In this document: piece after piece, positions 18,652-28,643 of the stretch | Layout: each line of letters begins with the position of its first letter | How positions within the stretch are numbered: the first letter of the stretch is position 1 | Assembly: GCA_963752285.1 (NCBI GenBank) | Contig: CAVVXN010000005.1 | Coordinates: forward strand, 2,175,284-2,239,283 | From: an uncultured Planctomycetota bacterium | Lineage (GTDB): Bacteria > Planctomycetota > PLA2 > JAEUHO01 | Direction: 5' to 3' | Length of the DNA: 64,000 nucleotides | Position numbers and translations under genes: made by a program | Notes under the pieces: model-generated | Database searches by the model: none | What the model was told of the DNA's origin: nothing | What the model saw: the letters and a program-made list of their open reading frames with translations, nothing else

Positions 18652-19155
18652 ATGGAGAAGAAGCTCAAGCACCTGGAGTTCATCCAGCAGGCGATCAACA
18701 GAATGGCCTCCAACCTCTTCCTTCTCAAGGGCTGGACGGTGACTCTCATTGCCGCGATGTTCGCACTGGCTGCGAAGGAATCGAAGGACCTGTACTTCTT
18801 TCTCGCATACTTCCCGACGATTATGTTCTGGCTCTTGGATGGTTACTTTCTTTCCCAGGAGCGTCGCTTCCGATCCCTCTACGCGCACGTCTCTAGGATT
18901 GAAGAGGATGCCATCGACTTCTCGATGGACACTCAGCCTTTCAAAAACACGCCAACGAGGAACAAGTGGTCACGCGCACTGTTCTCGCCGACTCTGCTCA
19001 CCCTCCTCGCCGCCGCCGGCGTCGATGTCGCCACGATCGGCCGCGTCCTCGGGCACCGGCCGGGCTCGCCGATCACGCTGCGGTACCTCCACTCGGACGA
19101 TGAGCGACTGCGGGAGGCAGCGGAGGCCGTGGCTGCGGCTGTCCGGTCGGCGTAG
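18652..19155 (+). CDS. chimeric ORF: low-GC 2TM protein (SLATT-like?) fused in-frame to integrase C-terminal remnant
   Basis: MEKKLKHLEFIQQAINRMASNLFLLKGWTVTLIAAMFALAAKESKDLYFFLAYFPTIMFWLLDGYFLSQERRFRSLYAHV has two predicted TM helices at ~52% GC. It is followed by LLAAAGVDVATIGRVLGHRPGSPITLRYLHSDDERLREAAEAVAAAV, which is ~85% identical to the C-terminus of the 14777 integrase. Confidence 0.5.
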   Translation: MEKKLKHLEFIQQAINRMASNLFLLKGWTVTLIAAMFALAAKESKDLYFFLAYFPTIMFWLLDGYFLSQERRFRSLYAHVSRIEEDAIDFSMDTQPFKNTPTRNKWSRALFSPTLLTLLAAAGVDVATIGRVLGHRPGSPITLRYLHSDDERLREAAEAVAAAVRSA

Positions 19156-19549
19156 GCCACGAGCGGGACTACCGTCTCGGAGGGCCGGACTGTTAGTTCA
19201 CCGTATGGCTTGTGCCGCACGCGCGGCACCCTACCTTCCCCTTGGAGGCCGACGCCGATGGCTGCACGCCCCAAGCGATCGAAGAAACGTGGACGGAAGA
19301 AGAAGGCGGAGAGCGCCAGAGCAGCCGGGGATTGACGGGCTCACGCGCGCGGTGCGAGCATGGCAAGCGTGGAGTCGTTGGGTACGGCGGCGCGCGCGTG
19401 CCGATAAGCCTGGATCGCGTTGCTCTACATCACCGGCGGATGCCCCGCCACGCCGTTCGCGGGTGCGCGTCGGATGTCGACAGCGAGCGGCTGATCCTCG
19501 GGGCCTGCGGGGGCCCATCAGAGCGCCCCCGCAAGCCGGCCACCCTCTA

Positions 19550-20328
19550 TCAACTCTGGTTGAAGATCGCGAGAAGCGCTCCGCGGGTCGATGCGCCGCC
19601 AGTCAGGATGATGAAGACCTGGATCGTCTCGCCGGGGGCAACGGAGTCACCGGTTAGGGTGAAAGCGTGGTCACCATCCATCGTAACGGTGAAGATCTTG
19701 TCTGGGATAGTCACGGTATCGATGGCGGGAACGTCCCCGACGAGTTCGAATCGGCCGAAGTTGAGGGGGTTCCCGCTGGTATTGTGGATGGGGAGAAGCA
19801 GGCCCGTATCGGCCTGAAGAACGGGCCTCGCGACGATGGCCGCCGTCCCCGCATCGAAAGTCCCCAAGTCCGTGCAACTCTGCGACACGTTCGGGGGCTT
19901 CGTGGAGAATGACATGGAGAACTTCACGGCTGAGGCCCCGAGATTGGTGGTCGCATCCACCTTCACCTTGAAAGCTGTGTTGGCGGGAATCTGATTCGTG
20001 AGGTCGATCTTGCCGTGGCTGGGGCCATCGCCGCTGAAGTCCACATGCTCGTCGATGGTCCCATGAAGGACGTGGACGGAGTGAATGCCGCCGCTCAACT
20101 CCTTGCCGTTCTCGTCCTCGATGCGGAACGTGACGTCGCACACCAGGAAACTAGCGTCGAATGTAAACTCGTAGGTGTTTCGGACTATCCCCCCGCCCGT
20201 GATGATCTTGTCGCTCTGGAAGTTCGGATCGGCGGAGGTCAGGGACTTTCCGCCGCCGACGATGGTCGCTGCCGCCGCGACTGTCGCGAACGCAACGATG
20301 GCAATGAACAGGGTCAACGAACGCTTCA
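19550..20328 (-). CDS. secreted hypothetical protein (low GC)
   Basis: GTG start with SD ggagg. Signal VKRSLTLFIAIVAFATVAAAA. 259 aa, Thr/Gly/Asp-rich. AT-richer than the host. Confidence 0.55.
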
Positions 20329-20510
20329 CGGTGGAACCTCCATCTCCTTCGGCCTGTTGGGCCTGCCCACACCGAAAGGCCTCGCGCGTCCGACGGAAGC
20401 ACGGTACCGCAGCATGCGCTCCGATCAACCCACCTCCGAATTCCAGCAAGCATCATGCCCGGGACTTACGGCTTCCGCGCCTGGGAACCCAGGGGGCTGC
20501 TACCCTCCGT

Positions 20511-20598
20511 GCCCCTCGAACAGCACCCGCCCGTCCCGGTCGTGGAGCGTCACCCGCACGACCTCCCCCTCGGGGAGTCGCCGGTCGATCCGGATCTG
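20511..20598. repeat. Repeat family X copy B (left-end fragment, ~88 bp)
   Basis: cgaacagcacccgcccgtcccggtcgtggagcgtcacccgcacgacctccccctcggggagtcgccggtcgatccggatctg, then divergence. Confidence 0.6.
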
Positions 20599-20754
20599 GG
20601 AGGCCATCGACCTCGTGGCCGCTATCGAGAAGACCTACGACCGGTTCCCGGAGGAGATCCAAGCGGAGTTCCCGCTCCGGCGCGTGTGGGCGCTCGTACC
20701 GGACGACACAGAAGAGTAGGCGCCCATACATACGGCGACGTGGAGACATCACCA

Positions 20755-21311
20755 TGCTGGTCTGGGCGAAAGAGTTCTCAACGCACGGAGGCAACACCGC
20801 GGCAGACGTGCTTGAGGTGGCAAAGCGCTGGTTGATCGGAAGCCCACACGGTGCATGGACAGAGAAGTGCTTCGCAGACAGCCAGCCAGGAGAGTTTTCG
20901 ACGCACACTTGCGGCGACCAAGTTGCCACCACTGCCATCGCCAAGATTGATAGTGGCGTAGTGGCAGGGCTTCGCCATTACTGGGAGCAGAAGCACTGCG
21001 AGTGGGTCACCGAGGTCGTCGGGTATGAGCGTCCCGAGAGCCTCCAACTCGCCGTACGAGTCGAGTGCAATGCCCTCCAAGCAGGTCAGCGCGTGCCCAA
21101 GGTACGCAAGCCGTACGTGGTGCGACTCCTGCTCGAGCACTTCGGAGACGGGGACGATGCCGGTCTACCTATCGGCGGCGACCCCATTCTCATCAGAGAG
21201 GCTGACGTACGCATGGCTGCGGCCCTCCTCTCTGGCAATCACGACAACCGCTTTCCCGTCGTGTACGTAAGCGCTGGCGCACGCGATGGGGGTGTAACGT
21301 TCTTTCTGTAA
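20755..21311 (+). CDS. hypothetical protein
   Basis: MLVWAKEFSTHGGNTAADVLEVAKRWLIGSPHGAW... 185 aa. No family assigned. Confidence 0.45.
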
Positions 21312-21317
21312 AAGACT

Positions 21318-21372
21318 CCCCGACCGGAGGAGCCGGGGCCCTCTCGCTTCCGCGAGCGTAGCGAGCGGAAGC
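21318..21372. repeat. 55-bp perfect palindrome (hairpin)
   Basis: ccggggccctctcgcttccgc gagcgtagcga gcggaagcgagagggccccgg. The arms are exact reverse complements. It sits 7 nt after the stop of 20755..21311 and 20 nt before the IS256 fragment. Confidence 0.8.
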
Positions 21373-21392
21373 GAGAGGGCCCCGGCGCGGCC

Positions 21393-21770
21393 GTGCCGGG
21401 GGGAAAGTGGTGGCGGATCAGCGCCGATCCAACTGCAGGTGCCAACCAAGCAGGAGGAACCGACGTGACCCACCACCCGCAGACTACGTCCATCGATCGG
21501 ATCCTGGAAGTGGTCGCTGAAGAGAGCTTCGGCGGCATGAGCGAGGCGATCCGGGTGCTGCTCAACGAGGTCATGAAGATCGAGCGCTCCGCCTTCCTGG
21601 GGGCCGCTCCCTACGAGCGGGCCGAGTCTCGGCGCGGCCACGCCAACGGCTTCAAGCCCAAGACCGTGGCCACGCGGGTGGGGAAGATCACCCTGGACGT
21701 CCCCCAGGTCCGCGGCGCCCCGGATGGCGAGACCTTCTACCCGCCGTGCCTCGAGCGCGGCCATGGGCCT
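21393..21770 (+). mobile_element. IS256-family (mutator) transposase N-terminal fragment
   Basis: SIDRILEVVAEESFGGMSEAIRVLLNEVMKIERSAFLGAAPYERAESRRGHANGFKPKTVATRVGKITLDVPQVRG...FYPPCLERG matches the IS256 Tnp N-terminus, then diverges. Confidence 0.7.
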
Positions 21771-22066
21771 GTCGCCCTTGCGGGTAGTCCTTCGGCGAAG
21801 ACGATCGTAACCCCGGATGCTGAGGTGAAGGTGCAGCTGCTGTAGCGCATGTTACGCATGTTCTGGATGAACGCCCGCAGGGCGTCCCCCATGTCGCCCG
21901 TGGCACTCAGGCTGGGCGGCGTCCCCTGACTTGCGGTGAGCCCCGCCTGCTGCATGGCAGCCTGACCATCGCTGTTCACGTCGGCCCTGGCGACCATCAG
22001 TCCCACGACGCCGAGGACGACGCAGGCAGCCAGGGCGACAGCGACTCTGCGCGTGTGCTTGCCCAT
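21737..22066 (-). CDS. small secreted hypothetical protein
   Basis: MGKHTRRVAVALAACVVLGVVGLMVARA is a signal peptide. ~109 aa. Confidence 0.4.
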   Translation of the reverse strand: MGKHTRRVAVALAACVVLGVVGLMVARADVNSDGQAAMQQAGLTASQGTPPSLSATGDMGDALRAFIQNMRNMRYSSCTFTSASGVTIVFAEGLPARATGPWPRSRHGG

Positions 22067-22294
22067 TGAAATCCCGTCCTTTCTGACGTGCTCACGCGGC
22101 CCATCCCGCCTCGAACACGCTGTCTCGACCGTACTCCGATCAACGCTGGGGTCAACCCGAGGAACCGCGACCACGGCCAGATGGCCGGTCCAGGCGACAA
22201 GATAGGGCTTGGGGCCCCCGTGGGCTCCCTGCGGACCACGGACTCCGCAGTCGATTCAGGCGGAATCCCGCAGGTTAGGACACGTCCCCCTCGA

Positions 22295-22355
22295 ACAGCA
22301 CCCGCCCGTCCCGATCGTGGAGCGTCACTCGCACGACTTCAGCCTCGGCGGGCGG
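22295..22355. repeat. Repeat family X copy C (left-end fragment, ~60 bp)
   Basis: cgaacagcacccgcccgtcccgatcgtggagcgtcactcgcacgac. Confidence 0.55.
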
Positions 22356-22513
22356 ACCGGCGCTCCAGCCACCAGTAGAGGCAGCCGTAGAAGAAGCCAC
22401 CGAGCACCCCTACGAGTCCGTACACCAACGCGCAGCGCGGCCAGGGCGGCGAACCTCGACCTCCACGCGGGCACCCTCGCCCTGCGCGGCGACCTCCCTG
22501 CGCACAGGAAGAG

Positions 22514-23327
22514 GATGAACGAGATCCGCCGACGACTGGAGCGGTGGGTGGAGTTTGTCAATCCATACGTCCGAATCCGCCGCGCCATCACTGAACTCCA
22601 CAATGAGTTGAAGAGTCTCGACTTGGATCCAGAGGGGCGGAAGCTAGGGTCCATCTGGCAAGACAATTCTCCCGATGAAGCCGGCAAGCTTTGGACTGAC
22701 GCTGCCAACCGATACAGCAAGGGAGTCGGCCTCTGTTTCGGCATTCGGTCCATGATACCCGTCCTTGCAGAGTCCTTCGTAAACCTGGTTCTGAGCATAC
22801 TGATGAGACCAGACCTCAAGACCGACAACAGACTCCGTGAGAACATCCTCCGGCAGCCAATTGATGTGCGAGTCAAATCGCTGCACGTGAATTGTGTCGG
22901 CTTCTCATCCGCGATTGACTACAGCACCGAGCCGTGTGCGAACTACCACCGCTTAGTCAACAAGCGCAATGACCTCCTCCATGGCAACGTGGACGTCGAG
23001 AAGCTGAAGTTCAACGAAGTCTACTTCGACCGCAAAGTCCCAATCTTCACTGAGTACCGTTCGCTGTGGAGGCGAACGATCAGCGTGTGGTTGGGTGCCG
23101 TCGGACTGGACCAACTGGATTCTGAGCTTGAAACAGTGGATGCCTTCGTGGAGTACGTCCTCTCGTGCATGACTGACTCGACAGCGGATGTCGTCCGCCA
23201 GTTCCTTGCGAGCTACGAGCTCGGCAGAGAGGCTCGAACAGAGAGAAATGGCATTCTGTTCCCCAACCTCCTCATCGACTTTGTCGGGGAGGGCATGCCG
23301 CGGTTCGGGGCTCCTGCACTCGAGTAG
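22514..23327 (+). CDS. hypothetical protein (low-GC cargo, possibly abortive-infection-like)
   Basis: SD aggaagagg. MNEIRRRLERWVEFVNPYVRIRRAITELHNELKSLDL... 271 aa at ~52% GC. No family assigned. Confidence 0.5.
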
Positions 23328-23354
23328 GTGCCCAAGTCAGCAGACATCTCCGCT

Positions 23355-23640
23355 GAACAGCACCCGCCCGTCCCGGTCGTGGAGCGTCACTCGGACGACC
23401 TCCCCCTAAGGGAGCCGCCGGTCGATCCGGATCTTCCGGGCGATGCGCCACACGACCAAGCGGTCCTTGGCATCCTCGTGGGCCTCCTCCTGGGTGGTCC
23501 AGATCACCGGCCTCTGGTCCATGGAGAGCCCGCCAGCGAACTGCAGGCGGAGGCCGTCCAAGGTCGTCTCGAAGCACACGTCGGGGATCCCCGTCGTGCG
23601 AGGGCGCATCCCGTAGTGGGAGACCAGCCGCACGTACTCC
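23355..23640. repeat. Repeat family X copy D (near full), fused to IS21 fragment
   Basis: Matches copy A from the left end through ...gaagcacacgtcgggga. It carries a point mutation creating TAG after ...IRIDRRLP. Confidence 0.6.
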
Positions 23641-24300
23641 GCGTTGAAGCCCCGCTTGCCGGTCCTCAGGTCGTGCGTCGCGGCCGTCGAGTTGTCCGTC
23701 TGGCTGCACTCCGGCGCCCCCCCCAGACGCCACAGCCCCTCCTGCATCCCCTCGAACAGAGCCGCCATCGACTCCGAGCGGCACGGCGTCGCCCAGCCCC
23801 AGTTCGAGTACGGGAGCATGAAGTGGCAGAGCTGGTGCGGGTAGGGCTCGCCCCGGATCGTGATCCCCAGCTCGTTGGCGTAGGTGAAGTCGGTCTGCGA
23901 CGCCTCGCCCGGCCGGTGCTCCTGGGCGAAAAATACCTCCCGCTCCGGTCCCCGGCTCGCCCGCCACGCCTTCACCCGCCGCTGCAGCGTCCGTAGGTGC
24001 CCGTCCGCGTACGCAGCCGGACGCCGAGCCCGAAGGTCCTCGAAGAGGGTCTTGGCCTCCAGCCCGGGTGCCGCCGCCAAGCGTGCCTCCAGGTCTGCCC
24101 AGTCCGCCGCGAACGGATCCGGCCGCGTCCGGTACGTCCGCCCCTCCAGACGCTCGCTGGGCACTTGCCCACGCTCCAGGTGCCGACGCGCCGTGTTCCG
24201 GTGCAGGCCCGCCCTCATCGCCGCCTCGCCGACACCGGCGCCCTCGTCGATCGCCATGAACAGCCTCCAGACCTGCCTGTCGCTCGCACTCACAGCGCCG
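23606..24300 (-). mobile_element. IS21-family IstA transposase fragment (HTH + partial DDE), pseudogene
   Basis: AMRAGLHRNTARRHLER is the HTH. ...HLRTLQRRVKAWRA...GEASQTDFTYANELGITIRGEPYPHQLCHFMLPYSNWGWATPCRSESMAALFEGMQEGLWRLGGAPECSQTDNSTAATHDL...NAEYVRLVSHYG matches the IstA core. The C-terminus is replaced by repeat X. Confidence 0.6.
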
Positions 24301-24436
24301 CCCTCCGGGACCGCAAGATGCGCAGTCTCGGGGGCCCCGGGAGGCGAGCCCGCCCGGGGGGCGACCATGCACCGATCTAGTTGTCGCTGAGCAGCAGACG
24401 ACACGGATCGAACGCGGGAGCGTCGACATGGCGTCG

Positions 24437-25179
<743 letters not shown>

Positions 25180-25685
25180 CCCTCCACGAAACCGGGGCCA
25201 CCCCACTCACGCCCCGCGGCTGGCGGGCAGCGCGCGCTGCCCTCGAGGCCAACCCGGCCCTCGCGACCCCCGCCTGATCCGCGCGCGCCGCCCGCCAAGT
25301 CCCCTCGCGCCCGCCGACGCCCGGAAGATCCCTGCGGATCTCGGCGCCCTGTAGTTCACCGGTCTTTTACGGCGCGACGAAGGCGAACGTGCGGAGGACA
25401 GGCGCTTTTCGACCCCCTACGTGACCACGTGCCTTGGGCCCGGGGGGCCGATGCGGAACCAGTCCGCCCGGCCGTCTCAGCGCGTCCTGACGCCGGGGAT
25501 CTCGGGCAGTGGGTCGCGTCTGTCGGCCCGGCTGCGCGCCGGATGGGTCAGGCGCTTGTTGCCGTGGCCCGTGACGATGTCACGCAGCGGTGCGAAAAGC
25601 GCCTGACCCCGTTCGCCCCCGATGGTCGAGGCCGATCCGCGACGGAGGGCACCGGGAAACCGGATCCGGTGCCCTCCCCGGGCTC

Positions 25686-27083
25686 CTACTCGGCATCGAT
25701 CCGCGCGAGGTACCAGACCCAGTCGGTGGTCGTCTCGTCCTTCGTCGCGAGCCGGGCATCACCGCCCACCACGATGTCGCCCGCCTCGTCGACGAGGAGG
25801 CCCCAGGCATCGTCGTATGCCATGACATTGAGCGGTCCAGCGACGCCGTAGCTGCCAAAGGTCGTATCGAGCGCCCCGTCTTCGTCCAGTCTCAGCACGT
25901 ACACGTCCCGGGCGCTCGCGCTCGTGCTGGCGTTCCACGCCATGCACGCCAGCAAGACCTCACCGCCTGACCCTAGCCCGATGGGTGCTATTGAAGTGAG
26001 GCTGTCGTAGCCAGACAGGGCAAGGGTCACATTGCCGTCGGTACCGAAGTCCTCGTCGGCGAGCAGCTCGCTGTCCGACGAGACCCCGAAGCGCCGCACG
26101 AGCACCTCAATGCTGCTCGCCGTCCCCATCGGGTCCACCACCACAATCCGGTCGTCGGCGTCCACGGCGACGGACGTAGGGAGCGAACCCGTTCGCAGGA
26201 CCTCGTCGAGCAGCGAGCCGCCCGAGGAGAGGAGGATCAGACGTGAGACCACGTTGTCGACCGTAATCCCGCTTTGGGCAGCAATTACGATGCTCCCGTC
26301 GCTCAGGACCGCCATGGCGTTGCGTCCGACCTTGTCCTCGTTGGCGGTCCCACCCTTCTTCGAATTGTTGGGGTCGTAGACCCAGTAGCCGTCCGTGCCG
26401 AAGGTCGTGTCGAGGTCACCGTCCGCCGCGAGCCGCGCCACGAAGATCTCTCTCCGGCTGGGGTAGTTCTTCGCCGGCGGCGGAGCACCCGCCTCCCCGG
26501 CGACGAGGAGCTCCCCACTCGTCAGGACGACCATCGAGTAGACCCTGGTGAACGTGGACTGGGGCACGTCGAGACGGACGATGCCATCCGTGCCGAAGTC
26601 CGTGTCGAGGTCGCCGTCCTCTGTGAAGCGCGCGACGGCGCCCAAGACCTTCGAGACGGTCTTGGCCTTCCTACCCGAGCCCGTCGTCGTCGTTACGAGC
26701 GAGAAGCCCCCAGCTACGGCCTCGTCGTCGGCCGTCAACGCCAGCGCCTGGAGCGACGCGTTCTCCGGATCGGAGAAGAGGCTGGCGACGCCGCCATCGC
26801 CGAAGCTCGTATCCAGGGTCCCGTCGCTGTCGAAGCGCCGGAGCTGCCAGATGCCGATACTCGACCAACCCGCCTCCACGTAGCCACCGTCCGATGTGGC
26901 GGCCAGACCCGTACAAGGGGTCACCCAGTCCAGGTCCCCGGTCGTGGCGATCCCGTCCGTCCCAAAGCCATCGTCCAGGTCCCCGGCCCCCGCCCAGCCG
27001 AGCGTGGCTCCCAGTGTCACAAGCCCCAGAACGCCCAGGGTCCACACGCTTGCCCTCATCACTCGACGCTTCGTCCAGTCCAT
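25686..27083 (-). CDS. secreted delta-60 repeat (FGTDG) beta-propeller protein
   Basis: Signal MDWTKRRVMRASVWTLGVLGLVTLGA. Repeated LDxxFGTDGxV motifs (8 or more). Confidence 0.7.
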   Translation of the reverse strand: MDWTKRRVMRASVWTLGVLGLVTLGATLGWAGAGDLDDGFGTDGIATTGDLDWVTPCTGLAATSDGGYVEAGWSSIGIWQLRRFDSDGTLDTSFGDGGVASLFSDPENASLQALALTADDEAVAGGFSLVTTTTGSGRKAKTVSKVLGAVARFTEDGDLDTDFGTDGIVRLDVPQSTFTRVYSMVVLTSGELLVAGEAGAPPPAKNYPSRREIFVARLAADGDLDTTFGTDGYWVYDPNNSKKGGTANEDKVGRNAMAVLSDGSIVIAAQSGITVDNVVSRLILLSSGGSLLDEVLRTGSLPTSVAVDADDRIVVVDPMGTASSIEVLVRRFGVSSDSELLADEDFGTDGNVTLALSGYDSLTSIAPIGLGSGGEVLLACMAWNASTSASARDVYVLRLDEDGALDTTFGSYGVAGPLNVMAYDDAWGLLVDEAGDIVVGGDARLATKDETTTDWVWYLARIDAE

Positions 27084-27274
27084 CGTCACTTCTCCGTGGG
27101 CAACGACTGCCCTGTCTCCAGATGGCGGATCGCGGCGAGAAGCGGACACCAGCAGGGAAACCGGCCTCCGGCCCGGGACCTTCGTTCGGATCGCACCCCC
27201 GCCGGCCATGGGGGGATACGGGTGGCGGGCGGCGAGCCGCGGGCGTAGCATCCGCCGCTCTCGGGAGGCCCGGA

Positions 27275-27850
27275 ATGGGCGAAGGAGCAAGGTCCGACGA
27301 CGATGCCGAACTGGTCCGCCGCGCCCAGGCCGGAGACCAGATCGCACTGCGAGGCCTCTTCGAGCGCCACACTGAGTTCCTCCGTGCATTCGTGCGCGCC
27401 CGGCTTCCCGCGCTCGTCCGGGGCAAGGTCGCGCAGTCGGACGTGATTCAGGAGGCGTACCTGACAGCCTGGGGGAGATTCCCCGACCTCGCGGCGACGG
27501 ACGCGGACGGATTCCGACGCTGGATCACCCGGATCGTGGACCTCAAGATCCGCGAGCAGACACGGCGACACCTCGGGACGCAGCGGCGTGCAGCAGCCCG
27601 TGAGGTCCCCATCGCCCCCGCGCAGGGCGGACCCACCGATGTGGCCGACCCACGGTCCTCCCCGTCCATGCGCGCGGCAGGTGCCGAGCGGCAGGCAAGG
27701 CTCTCTCGGGCCCTCGAGGGGGCCGACTCGGCAGACCGCGCGCTTCTGGACATGGTGCACCGGCAGGGCCTCACGTATCCCGAGATCAGCACTCTGCTCG
27801 GCATCCAGCCCGACGCCGCGCGCACCCGCGAGACGACCCCCAGGGGATCC
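27275..27850 (+). CDS. ECF (sigma-24) RNA polymerase sigma factor; 3' end uncertain
   Basis: Region 2 reads DAELVRRAQAGDQIALRGLFERH...VIQEAYLTAWGRF. Region 4 reads LLDMVHRQGLTYPEISTLLGI. The ORF runs on to 28027 over the opposite-strand EVE-like gene, so there may be a frameshift or an earlier real stop. Confidence 0.55.
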
Positions 27851-28268
27851 AGCCCTCCTGCGACCAGAACCGGACCTCCCGAAGCACCGTGCAGCCGAGG
27901 TCCCAGGAGGTCCCGTCCGGCGCGTCGAGCTCCGCGCCGCGGTAGCCACGGATCCGGGATAGAAAACGAGCCTCGTCCGGGTCGCCGTTCTTCCAGCCGA
28001 AGGTGGCCCAGGCCTCCGCGAGGCTGAGGGTGCCGAAGTGGGCGAAGAACCCGTACCCCGCGATCGCGTGGTGCGGGGCCTTCAGCCGAAGGAACACGGG
28101 CTCCCCCGGGGTCATTCGCTTCATCGGCCGCGTGGAACGGGGCGACCAGAAGTTCACCTCGTCGACCCTGCCCGCATCCGCTCGCGAGGACAGGTAGTCG
28201 AACCACGCCTGGTCGGTCAGGGCGATGAACGGGGCTACGGTCCCCATGGCCAGGCATGATAGGGCCAT
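27786..28268 (-). CDS. EVE/PUA-like domain protein (tentative)
   Basis: High GC3. MALSCLAMGTVAPFIALTDQAWFDYLSS...VNFWSPRSTRPMKRMTPGEPVFLRLKAPHHAIAGYGFFAHFGTLSLAEAWATFGW resembles the EVE pattern (W...R..mk.GD.vffY...IvG). The start is ambiguous (28349, 28268 or 28247). Confidence 0.4.
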   Translation of the reverse strand: MALSCLAMGTVAPFIALTDQAWFDYLSSRADAGRVDEVNFWSPRSTRPMKRMTPGEPVFLRLKAPHHAIAGYGFFAHFGTLSLAEAWATFGWKNGDPDEARFLSRIRGYRGAELDAPDGTSWDLGCTVLREVRFWSQEGWIPWGSSRGCARRRAGCRAEC

Positions 28269-28623
28269 GGCGGACTCCCTGTCAGGTCTCCAGGCCGCGG
28301 CCGTCGCGTTCCGGGACGAGCGCGACTGGAAGCAGTTCCATCGTCCCAAGGACCTGGTCCTTGGGCTCCTTGCCGAGGCGGGCGAGCTTGCCGAGGTCGT
28401 CCTCTGGAAGTCCGAGGACGAGCTGGCCGGCGCGCTCCTCGAGGGCCCTCTCCAGGAGCGGCTCGCGGAGGAGATGTCCGACGTCCTGTTGTTCCTGCTC
28501 TACCTCGCGGAGCATTCGGGTGTGGACCTCGCGCAGGCCTGCGTGGCGAAGCTCGAGGCGAACGCCCGGAAGTACCCCGTCGAGAAGGCGAAGGGCTCCG
28601 CGCGGAAGTACACGGAGCTCTGA
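28267..28623 (+). CDS. MazG-like nucleoside triphosphate pyrophosphohydrolase
   Basis: LQAAAVAFRDERDWKQFHRPKDLVLGLLAEAGELAEVVLWK...LAEEMSDVLLFLLYLAEHSGVDLAQACVAKLEANARKYP is the MazG/NTP-PPase core (EEXXE and DVL motifs). Confidence 0.7.
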   Translation: MADSLSGLQAAAVAFRDERDWKQFHRPKDLVLGLLAEAGELAEVVLWKSEDELAGALLEGPLQERLAEEMSDVLLFLLYLAEHSGVDLAQACVAKLEANARKYPVEKAKGSARKYTEL

Positions 28624-28643
28624 AGAACGGGCGCGGAGGGGAG

